Assembly: GCA_017962845.1 (NCBI GenBank)
Contig: JAGCUN010000051.1
Location: forward strand, 43,499 to 107,498
DNA length: 64,000 bases
Source: Bacteroidales bacterium
GTDB taxonomy: Bacteria; Bacteroidota; Bacteroidia; Bacteroidales; WCHB1-69
Direction: 5' to 3'
The translations under genes were made by a program, and so were the position numbers. The notes beneath the pieces are model-generated. The model searched no databases. It saw only the letters and a list, made by a program, of their open reading frames with translations, and was not told the DNA's origin. Below, in pieces: positions 56,735-64,000 of this stretch (position 1 is its first letter; each line of letters starts with the position of its first letter).

Positions 56735-58750
56735 ATGGAAAATCCAGAAGAAAAGAACATGGCTACGGAAGACATTCCGCAGGATGTGAAACTCCCAGAA
56801 AATGCGTATCGCGAACTGAAAGCGGGCGAAGAGTACCGCCCCATCCTCAACCCCAACAAGAAGTATCCCGAGCTGAATGCTTGGACGATTGTATGGGGTA
56901 TTATTATGGCGGTAATCTTCTCTGCTGCAACGGCATACGCAGGTCTGAAGTTCGGACAGGTATTTGAGGCGGCCATCCCCATCTCCATCATCGCCGTTGG
57001 CGCGTCGGTCATCGCACGGCGTAAAGGAGCCCTGTCGGAGAACGTGCTGATACAGTCTATCGGTGCCAGCTCTGGCGTGGTGGTGGCGGGCGCCATCTTC
57101 ACTCTGCCGGCCATCTACATCATTCAAGCCAACAACCCCGATATGGGCATCAGCGTGAACTTCTTCCAGATCTTCATCGCATCGCTGATTGGCGGCTTCC
57201 TCGGCATCCTCTTCCTCATCCCGTTCCGCAAATATTTCGTGTCGGACATGCACGGCAAATATCCCTTCCCAGAGGCAACCGCCTCCACCGAGATTTTGGT
57301 GTCGGGAGCAAAGGGTGGCAACCAACTTAAATTATTGTTAATCAGTGGTTTGATTGGAGGTTTGTACGACTTCTTTATGACCACTTTCCGATTCTGGTCA
57401 GAAACCATCTCTTCGCAGATGACAGGATGGGGCGAGAAGTTGGCCATGGACCACAAGTTCACCTTTAACATGAGCGGTTCTGCCGTACTGTTAGGTACCG
57501 GCTATCTGATTGGACTCAAGTACGCGGCCATCATTTGCGCGGGTTCATTCCTGTCGTGGTGGGTGATTGTGCCGCTGCTCGGCCAATACGGCATCACCGC
57601 CGACGGTACACCCATGAGCACGATGATGCCCGGCGACATTTTCTCAAGCCATGTGAAACTCATTGGCATTGGTGGTATCGCCATGGCGGGTATTCTCGGC
57701 GTAATCAAGTCGGCCGGCGTGATCAAGACATCCATGGGTACCATCTTCAAGAAGAACAAAGGGGATGTGTCGGAGCAGCAGCAGAAAGTGCTGCGCACCC
57801 AGCGCGACATCTCCATGAAGATTATCCTTTTCGGTTTCTTGGGCTTGGCGGTGCTGATGGCGCTGTTTTTCGCCTTCGGCGGCTTCCAGATGAACATCAC
57901 CCAGGTGATTGTCGGTCTGCTGATTGTCTTCATCTTCGCCTTCCTGTTCACCACGGTGGCGGCCACGGCCATTGCCACGGTAGGTAGCAACCCGGTGTCG
58001 GGTATGACCTTGATGACGCTCATTCTTTCCTCCTTCATTCTGGCTGCAGTGGGTTTGAAAGGCCCCATGGGTATGGTCACCGCGCTGGTGGTGGGCGGCA
58101 TCGTCTGCTCGGCGTTGGCCATGGCGGGCGGCTTTATCACCGACTTGAAAATCGGTTACTGGATCGGAACATCGCCTTACAAACAGCAGGGTTTCAAGTT
58201 TATCGGCACGCTGGTGTCGGCCCTGACGGTCGGTGGGGTGATCATGGTTCTGTCGAGAGTTTATGGCTACGATGCCGATAATGGCGGACTGGTGGCTCCG
58301 CAGGCCAACGCCATGGCGGCCATCGTGCAGCCGCTGATGTCGGGACAAGGCACTCCGTGGATTCTTTATATCGTGGGTGCGGTTCTTGCCCTTATTTTGG
58401 ATATGATTGGCATTCCTGCACTGGCTTTCTCGCTGGGTATGTTCATCCCGCTGGCGCTGAACATCCCGTTGCTCATCGGCGGTGCTATCGCCTGGTTCGT
58501 GAGCAGCCGTAGCAAAGACGAAGAGGTCAACAAGGCACGCAAGAACAAAGGTACGCTGTTAGCCTCCGGCTTGCTGGCGGGTGCGGCCATCATGGGTGTG
58601 GTGAGCGCCATCCTGAAATTCGCGGGCGTGGACATTGCCACCACGCAGGCTTACGCCAACTCCCCGTGGCCGGGCATCCTCGCCATCGTGGCTTACGTGG
58701 CGCTGTGCGTCTATCTGATTTTACATTCGCTCCAGCGCGAGAAAGAATAA
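56735..58750 (+). CDS. OPT-family oligopeptide transporter
   Basis: 671 aa with about 16 TM helices and a typical OPT N-terminus (YRELKAGEEYRPIL...LNAWTI). Confidence 0.85.
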   Translation: MENPEEKNMATEDIPQDVKLPENAYRELKAGEEYRPILNPNKKYPELNAWTIVWGIIMAVIFSAATAYAGLKFGQVFEAAIPISIIAVGASVIARRKGALSENVLIQSIGASSGVVVAGAIFTLPAIYIIQANNPDMGISVNFFQIFIASLIGGFLGILFLIPFRKYFVSDMHGKYPFPEATASTEILVSGAKGGNQLKLLLISGLIGGLYDFFMTTFRFWSETISSQMTGWGEKLAMDHKFTFNMSGSAVLLGTGYLIGLKYAAIICAGSFLSWWVIVPLLGQYGITADGTPMSTMMPGDIFSSHVKLIGIGGIAMAGILGVIKSAGVIKTSMGTIFKKNKGDVSEQQQKVLRTQRDISMKIILFGFLGLAVLMALFFAFGGFQMNITQVIVGLLIVFIFAFLFTTVAATAIATVGSNPVSGMTLMTLILSSFILAAVGLKGPMGMVTALVVGGIVCSALAMAGGFITDLKIGYWIGTSPYKQQGFKFIGTLVSALTVGGVIMVLSRVYGYDADNGGLVAPQANAMAAIVQPLMSGQGTPWILYIVGAVLALILDMIGIPALAFSLGMFIPLALNIPLLIGGAIAWFVSSRSKDEEVNKARKNKGTLLASGLLAGAAIMGVVSAILKFAGVDIATTQAYANSPWPGILAIVAYVALCVYLILHSLQREKE

Positions 58751-58751
58751 G

Positions 58752-59993
58752 ATGTCCACAGAATCCTCCTCTTCTGGTGCCATCACCTCCTCGTTTGAGA
58801 ACATCTCCGATGTTTTCACTTCCTATTCGGAGATTCCCTCTTCAGGGTTCAATTGTCTGTACAAAGCGCAGCGATATGGCAAATGGTTTGTGTTGAAGGG
58901 ATTGAAGCCCGAATACCGCAACCAAGGCCTCTATCTGGAACTTCTGGCCAAAGAATTTGAGTTGGGGATGAAAATGGATCATCCCCATATCGCCCATACT
59001 TTCAGCAAAGAGAACGACCCGGTGGCCGGTCCCTGCATGGTGATGGAGTATGTGGACGGGATGACTCTCCGGGAGTTTTTAGAGACGAAACCCGATGCCA
59101 AAACCCGGCTGAATATTGTGCGGGAACTGCTGTCGGCGATAGCATATTACCACAATTTGCAAATCATCCATCGCGACCTCAAGCCCGACAACATCCTGAT
59201 CACTCGCAACGGCCACAATGTCAAGCTCATCGACTTCGGTTTGGCCGACAGCGACTACCACGGCATTCTGAAGCAGCCGGCGGGTACCAACCGTTATGCC
59301 GCGCCCGAGCAGACCGCCGGCAACATGCCCATCGACCTGCGCGCCGACCTGTATGCCTTCGGTATCATCCTGCCGCAAATCTTCCCCAACCGCTATAGAG
59401 CCATTGCCCGCAAGTGCACCCGTGCCGACCGTAAAAAACGTTTCAGCAATGCGGAAGAGATACTGCGACAACTACAACGGCGACGCACCCTTGTGCCATT
59501 GCTTATCATTGCCGCCATCTTCACTGTAACTGTCTGTCTTTTAGGATTATTTCTTTCTCATTATCAAATAAATAATAAAGAAAAATCGCCACAGGAAGGT
59601 GCCCAAAATAGCATACAATTGCTGGATAGTGTCACCCACGACTCCATCACCACGCTACACGACACCATAGTCATCGTATCAGTTCCCAAAGCCGATAAAG
59701 CAAAGATGTTCATTGATGAAAAGCTTAAAACGATTTACGCACCTTTCTGGAGTTATTACAGGGAGGTATCTATTGATTCAACTCAATCGTCTTCTGAATT
59801 ATGGTTTGAATCATTTAATGCTATCCCCCCTAAAGATTCGGAACGTAATAAGGCAATCATTGATGAGGTGATAACCCACTATCCCGAATATGCAACAAAG
59901 CGAGGGGAGTTGGAGCAATACTTAGAAAGTTGTGATAAATCGGAGCGGGAGAAGGCAGTGGAGGCCCGAATGCTATTGTTCAAGGAGGAATGA
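58752..59993 (+). CDS. Hanks-type Ser/Thr protein kinase with a TM helix and a ~140-aa C-terminal domain of unknown type
   Basis: HRDLKPDNIL, DFGLA and RYAAPEQ motifs. TM helix LVPLLIIAAIFTVTVCLLGLFL. The ATG lies 1 nt after the OPT stop. Confidence 0.85.
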   Translation: MSTESSSSGAITSSFENISDVFTSYSEIPSSGFNCLYKAQRYGKWFVLKGLKPEYRNQGLYLELLAKEFELGMKMDHPHIAHTFSKENDPVAGPCMVMEYVDGMTLREFLETKPDAKTRLNIVRELLSAIAYYHNLQIIHRDLKPDNILITRNGHNVKLIDFGLADSDYHGILKQPAGTNRYAAPEQTAGNMPIDLRADLYAFGIILPQIFPNRYRAIARKCTRADRKKRFSNAEEILRQLQRRRTLVPLLIIAAIFTVTVCLLGLFLSHYQINNKEKSPQEGAQNSIQLLDSVTHDSITTLHDTIVIVSVPKADKAKMFIDEKLKTIYAPFWSYYREVSIDSTQSSSELWFESFNAIPPKDSERNKAIIDEVITHYPEYATKRGELEQYLESCDKSEREKAVEARMLLFKEE

Positions 59994-60042
59994 TCGGGGG
60001 TCAACAATAGTGCCCCTGAAATTTGATTCTTGCGTCAACTAT

Positions 60043-60612
60043 TCACCCCCTGCGTTCCACGGTGGTGAGGCCGCCTTTGTTGCCCACAACGAACATGGTG
60101 GGCGGGTTGCTGCCCCGCGCAAAGTTGTCAAGATAGAGCGGATGACCGATGACGAAACACGTGCAATGGAAGGTGTCGTTGGGTTTCAGTTTGGAGTTTT
60201 CGCTTTCCATTACTTTGAAGTTGCCATCCCCCAGATGTTGCAGCAGCACGCGGCGGTCGGGAGCCCATGTGATGGCAAGACGGGCATTTTCAGAAATCTC
60301 GGTGGCATATAGGGTATTCCCCAACACCAGATGGGAGGATTCGCCAGTACGGTGGTGATTGGCGGTAAAATCGTCCCAGTCGCGGAAACCCACGCAGCGG
60401 GCGAGGATGGAAAGGGTGGAGAAGCGGGTGATGTCGTAACCATCCACATAGCCCCAGATGCGCTTGAGGGTGCTGACGCTGAGGGTCTCGTGGCACCGTT
60501 CCTGAATGACACCGGTGAGAAAGATAAAGTCGGCGGGCGATTTCATCTTTCGCGCCACCGACTCCTCTACCATCTCACGCAGCAACAATATGTCGTTATC
60601 GTTAGAATTCAT
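60043..60612 (-). CDS. Hypothetical protein (possible N-terminal HTH-like segment)
   Basis: 189 aa with GC-rich coding composition. SVSTLKRIWGY resembles HTH-type N-terminal modules. No confident family. Confidence 0.55.
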   Translation of the reverse strand: MNSNDNDILLLREMVEESVARKMKSPADFIFLTGVIQERCHETLSVSTLKRIWGYVDGYDITRFSTLSILARCVGFRDWDDFTANHHRTGESSHLVLGNTLYATEISENARLAITWAPDRRVLLQHLGDGNFKVMESENSKLKPNDTFHCTCFVIGHPLYLDNFARGSNPPTMFVVGNKGGLTTVERRG

Positions 60613-60664
60613 GCTGTGTTTTTTGAGAATGCAAAAGTAGCAAAAAATGCGATTGGGGATGGAA

Positions 60665-61426
60665 TTAAGCTTTATCGAATTTTTTATTCAATTCCTCAAA
60701 ACGTTTTTCCTGCTCGGAACTCATTTCCATATCAATCAGTTTGTCATAGAGATTGATGGCCTGTTTTTCCACTGCATCGTAATTGTCATCAAGCCAATTC
60801 AATTTTGAAAGTCTGTTGATGGTGTTTTCAAACTGGTTTAACAACGCATCTACATCTCCTGAACCAGCCTCACCACAGCTTCCTGAATTTCCACCATACC
60901 CATCTACTGAATTGTGTGCGCTGGAGATGGTGAATTTCAAGGGCTCTTTCGCATCCTGACAGCGTGAATCAACCGTCCAACGGATTTCTCCCACCTCCCC
61001 TGCTTTGAGTTGGAACAAAGCTTTCACATCATCGCTGCTGTAGGGACCACTCAACCCACCTTCTACGGCCTCATTTTCTTGTACGACATTACCATCCGCA
61101 TCTTTGATTTTTAAACCGAAGCCAGCAAGACAATATGAACTACCGTCTGTCCTATATGAACCATAGGGAGCAATTTCACAGTCATCACCAAAGGGGAGAG
61201 CCGCATCGGTTCTGCGAAGTTTTACAGACCAAACAGACTCCATCTCGTCTAATTTTCCATCTTTCAGGGCAACTTTTACGGGTTCGTCAACCACCTCGAA
61301 ACACGCCGCCAGACTGCCCGACACTTTAGTTGTTTCGGGTGTCATGCTGATCTCTTTTTTCTTGCAGGAGGCCAACAAGGCTACTGCTGCCACCAATACG
61401 ACCACAAATAATAAATTCTTTTTCAT
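60665..61426 (-). CDS. Hypothetical lipoprotein
   Basis: Lipobox LLASC. 253 aa. No family recognised. Confidence 0.6.
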   Translation of the reverse strand: MKKNLLFVVVLVAAVALLASCKKKEISMTPETTKVSGSLAACFEVVDEPVKVALKDGKLDEMESVWSVKLRRTDAALPFGDDCEIAPYGSYRTDGSSYCLAGFGLKIKDADGNVVQENEAVEGGLSGPYSSDDVKALFQLKAGEVGEIRWTVDSRCQDAKEPLKFTISSAHNSVDGYGGNSGSCGEAGSGDVDALLNQFENTINRLSKLNWLDDNYDAVEKQAINLYDKLIDMEMSSEQEKRFEELNKKFDKA

Positions 61427-61562
61427 TACAATGTATTTTTGATGATGCCTACTCTTTGAAGGATTTTCGGCTTCCTCCCTGGGTTATTTTCGGGAGGCAA
61501 AAATACAAAGTTCCGACGCTGGCTGTTAGGTTCTTTTTGGTTCTAATGAAGGGGGAATAACC

Positions 61563-61733
61563 TTAGAAATCCTTCATGTTGTGATCTACCCGCAGGTCCT
61601 CTTCCAGCTGCCACAGCTGGAAGGCCGCCTGCCGCTCCATGTAGGTCAGGATGTCGGCCTTCGCGGTGAGGTCGTTGATTTTACAGATTTCTTCTAATAT
61701 CTCGTCGATTTTTACTCTGATGTTGTTGTCCAT
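61563..61733 (-). CDS. Hypothetical small protein (56 aa, below the ORF-track cutoff)
   Basis: Manual translation gives MDNNIRVKIDEILEEICKINDLTAKADILTYMERQAAFQLWQLEEDLRVDHNMKDF. GC-rich third positions in an otherwise AT-rich spacer suggest coding. Confidence 0.4.
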   Translation of the reverse strand: MDNNIRVKIDEILEEICKINDLTAKADILTYMERQAAFQLWQLEEDLRVDHNMKDF

Positions 61734-61843
61734 ATTGCCCGTTTTTGATGCGGCAAAAGTACGCGTTTTTCCTCAATTATCATCGGTTTACAAAAAAAAT
61801 CGTCAATCTTTCTTTCATCAATCCTCATAAAAAATTTTAGTTG

Positions 61844-61851
61844 TATTTTTG
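61844..61851 (+). promoter_or_regulatory. Candidate -7 box for glnS
   Basis: TATTTTTG, 29 nt upstream of the ATG. Confidence 0.5.
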
Positions 61852-61879
61852 CACTTCAAAATATTAAAAATTAGGGCAA

Positions 61880-63505
61880 ATGAATTTTATTGAAGAAATT
61901 ATCGAACAAGATTTGGCGAATGGTAAAAATGAATCGAAAGTACACACTCGTTTTCCTCCCGAACCGAACGGCTATCTCCATATCGGTCACGCCAAGTCAA
62001 TTTGCTTGAATTTCGGCATTGCCAAGAAATACAACGGATTGTGCAACCTGCGTTTCGACGACACCAACCCTGTGAAGGAGGATGTGGAGTACGTGGATTC
62101 CATCAAGGAGGACATCACGTGGCTCGGCTTCCAATGGGCTGAGGAGCACTACGCCTCCGACTATTTCGACCAGCTCTACGCATGGGCCGAGCAGCTCATT
62201 ATGGACGGTCTCGCTTACGTGGACGACCAGTCGCAGGAGGAGATCAGCGCGGGCCGTGGCGTGCCCACGAAACCCGGCATCGAAAGTCCGTACCGCAACC
62301 GCAGCGTCGAGGAGAACCTTGACCTGTTCCGCCGCATGAAGGCCGGCGAGTTTCCCGACGGCAGCAAGGTGCTGCGCGCCAAGATCGGCATGACCTCGCC
62401 CAACATGCACATGCGCGACCCCATCATGTACCGCATCCTGCACAGCCATCACCACCGCACCGGCGACAAGTGGTGCATCTACCCGATGTACGATTACGCC
62501 CACGGCCAGAGCGACTCCATCGAGGGCATCACCCATTCCATCTGCACCTTGGAGTTTGAGATCCACCGTCCGCTGTACGACTGGTTCTGCGAGGCACTGA
62601 AGATCCACCACCCGCAGCAGATCGAGTTCGCCCGTCTCAACATCAACTACACGGTGATGAGCAAGCGCAAGCTGATGCAGCTGGTGCGCGACGGTCATGT
62701 GATGGGCTGGGACGACCCGCGTATGCCTACCATTTGCGGTCTGCGCCGCCGCGGCTACACCCCCGCCTCAGTGCGCAACTTCGCCGAGACCGTCGGCATT
62801 GCCAAGCGCGACAACATCATCGACGTGTCGCTGCTGGAGTTCTGCGCCCGCGAGGACCTCAACAAGGTAGCCACCCGTACCATGGCGGTACTCGACCCTG
62901 TGAAGTTGGTTATCGACAACTTCCCGGACGACAAGGTGGAGATGCTCAATGCGGTCAACAACCCCGAAAACCCGGAGGCGGGTACCCGCGAGGTGCCGTT
63001 CACCAAGGAACTTTGGATTGAGCGGGCCGACTTCCGCGAGGTGGCCGACAAGAAGTTCTACCGCCTCACCATCGGAGGCGAGGTGCGCCTCAAATACGGC
63101 TATATTGTCAAGTGCAGCCATGTGGACAAGGACGCCGACGGCAACATCACCGCCATCCATGTCACCTACGATCCCGAGACCAAGAGCGGCATGCCGCAGA
63201 GCAACCGCAAGGTGAAAGCCACCATCCACTGGGTGTCGGTGGCCCACGCCAAGAAGGCGGAGGTGCGCCTGTTCGAGCGCCTGTTCACCTCCCCCGATCC
63301 CGACGACTGCGAAGAGGGCAAGACCTTCATCGATTACCTCAACCCCAACTCGCTCACCATCCAGGACGGCTGGATTGAGGAGGGACTTACATTGGAGAAT
63401 GCCGAGAAGCACTACCAGTTTGAGCGCATCGGCTACTTCTGCATCGACAAGGACTCCACCCCTGACAGAATTGTATTCAACAAGACGGTGAGCTTGAAGC
63501 AGTGA
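61880..63505 (+). CDS. glnS: Glutamine--tRNA ligase
   Basis: [16 protein letters not shown] (HIGH) and VMSKR (KMSKS) motifs. 541 aa. Confidence 0.95.
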   Translation: MNFIEEIIEQDLANGKNESKVHTRFPPEPNGYLHIGHAKSICLNFGIAKKYNGLCNLRFDDTNPVKEDVEYVDSIKEDITWLGFQWAEEHYASDYFDQLYAWAEQLIMDGLAYVDDQSQEEISAGRGVPTKPGIESPYRNRSVEENLDLFRRMKAGEFPDGSKVLRAKIGMTSPNMHMRDPIMYRILHSHHHRTGDKWCIYPMYDYAHGQSDSIEGITHSICTLEFEIHRPLYDWFCEALKIHHPQQIEFARLNINYTVMSKRKLMQLVRDGHVMGWDDPRMPTICGLRRRGYTPASVRNFAETVGIAKRDNIIDVSLLEFCAREDLNKVATRTMAVLDPVKLVIDNFPDDKVEMLNAVNNPENPEAGTREVPFTKELWIERADFREVADKKFYRLTIGGEVRLKYGYIVKCSHVDKDADGNITAIHVTYDPETKSGMPQSNRKVKATIHWVSVAHAKKAEVRLFERLFTSPDPDDCEEGKTFIDYLNPNSLTIQDGWIEEGLTLENAEKHYQFERIGYFCIDKDSTPDRIVFNKTVSLKQ

Positions 63506-63547
63506 GGGGAGAGATTGAAGAACTGAGAATGGGAGAGTGAAAGGTGA

Positions 63548-63567
63548 AGACAACGCATGCGTTGTCT
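63548..63567. repeat. Perfect 20-nt palindrome downstream of glnS
   Basis: agacaacgcatgcgttgtct is its own reverse complement. Loosely REP family 1-like. Confidence 0.6.
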
Positions 63568-63621
63568 CAAGGGGTTGGATTATTCGTGGGAAATGTCTTA
63601 CATTTGCAGGCGAAAAAAACG

Positions 63622-63724
63622 CCCCCACTCTTCACTTTTAACTCTTTACTCTTAACTCTTAACTCCTTCGCCCCTCCAGCCAAACAATTCAACAAATAAA
63701 CAATTCAACAAACCATACCACCAT
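63622..63724 (+). repeat. G-poor tandem-repeat tract (2 G in ~103 nt)
   Basis: CTTAACT-type units followed by CAATTCAACAAA-type units, the same architecture as 5712-5806. Confidence 0.85.
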
Positions 63725-63818
63725 GAAAACACACCCCTTTTTTAAATCCCTCCTTTTCCTCGTGCTGCTGGTAGCGGCAGGGGGATTCGGCCAGCAGCAG
63801 GTGTATAAGAATCAATAG
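63723..63818 (+). CDS. 31-codon signal-peptide-like mini-ORF (possibly a gene remnant)
   Basis: MKTHPFFKSLLFLVLLVAAGGFGQQQVYKNQ*. Consists only of a signal peptide. Lies directly upstream of another signal-peptide ORF. Confidence 0.2.
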   Translation: MKTHPFFKSLLFLVLLVAAGGFGQQQVYKNQ

Positions 63819-63845
63819 GAAATCAACCATCAACCCCCAACCATT

Positions 63846-64000
63846 ATGAAAAAAACCATTTTATTATTGGCCTTCTGTCTGTGTGCCACGCTGTTATACG
63901 GGCAGAGCTGGTCATTGTCGGGCAATGCTGTTAACAATAGCAATTTTATAGGGACCACTAATTCACAGCCATTGAATTTTAGTACAAACAGTCTTACCCG
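63846..64000 (+). CDS. Secreted protein, N-terminal fragment (continues beyond the window)
   Basis: MKKTILLLAFCLCATLLYGQSWSLSGNAVNNSNFIGTTNSQPLNF... The frame is open to the window end. Confidence 0.5.
   Translation, partial: MKKTILLLAFCLCATLLYGQSWSLSGNAVNNSNFIGTTNSQPLNFSTNSLT

Overview
This is a Bacteroidota (Bacteroidales-like) chromosomal window. The evidence is frequent TAnnTTTG -7 promoter boxes, five T9SS C-terminal sorting domains, a FISUMP lipoprotein and SD-poor start regions. All family calls come from motif recognition by eye; no BLAST or HMM search was run.

Most of the window is GC-rich housekeeping:
- a pyrimidine operon, pyrK-pyrD-pyrF-pyrE-pyrB
- nadB, sufB, a YejK-like nucleoid protein, yceD-rpmF, rdgB, thyA
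- MlaE/MlaF-like ABC transporter parts
- rpsO-pnp, clpB, pyrH-frr, gcvH, nspC, an aminotransferase, asd, glnS

AT-rich accessory patches interrupt this backbone:
- 899-2000
- 11950-14000
- 21480-25480
- 39200-40350
- 42790-43700
- 49576-53460

The patches carry an IS110 transposase, two HUH/Y1 (IS200/RAYT-like) transposases, two toxin-antitoxin-like pairs and several gene wrecks (AlbA_2, PfkB-like, Bro-N-like).

I see no intact novel multi-gene system such as a defense operon. The unusual content is mainly non-coding or architectural:
1. Three families of GC-rich hairpin repeats. Two of them sit at the ends of the two Y1 transposase genes (REP/RAYT-like). One copy lies in frame inside a transposase CDS.
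2. G-free, C-rich tandem-repeat tracts up to 200 nt long downstream of several + strand genes.
3. Inverted repeat pairs that bracket a roughly 6.6-7 kb housekeeping block. One pair is a perfect 30-mer covering the start codons of two unrelated genes.
4. A pyr leader with two tandem intrinsic terminators crossed by a short leader ORF.
5. PyrB fused to a PyrI-type zinc domain.
6. An OPT transporter gene 1 nt from a membrane Ser/Thr kinase gene.
7. Tandem C10 protease paralogs of different composition, split by a RAYT and preceded by a membrane-anchored LytTR regulator.
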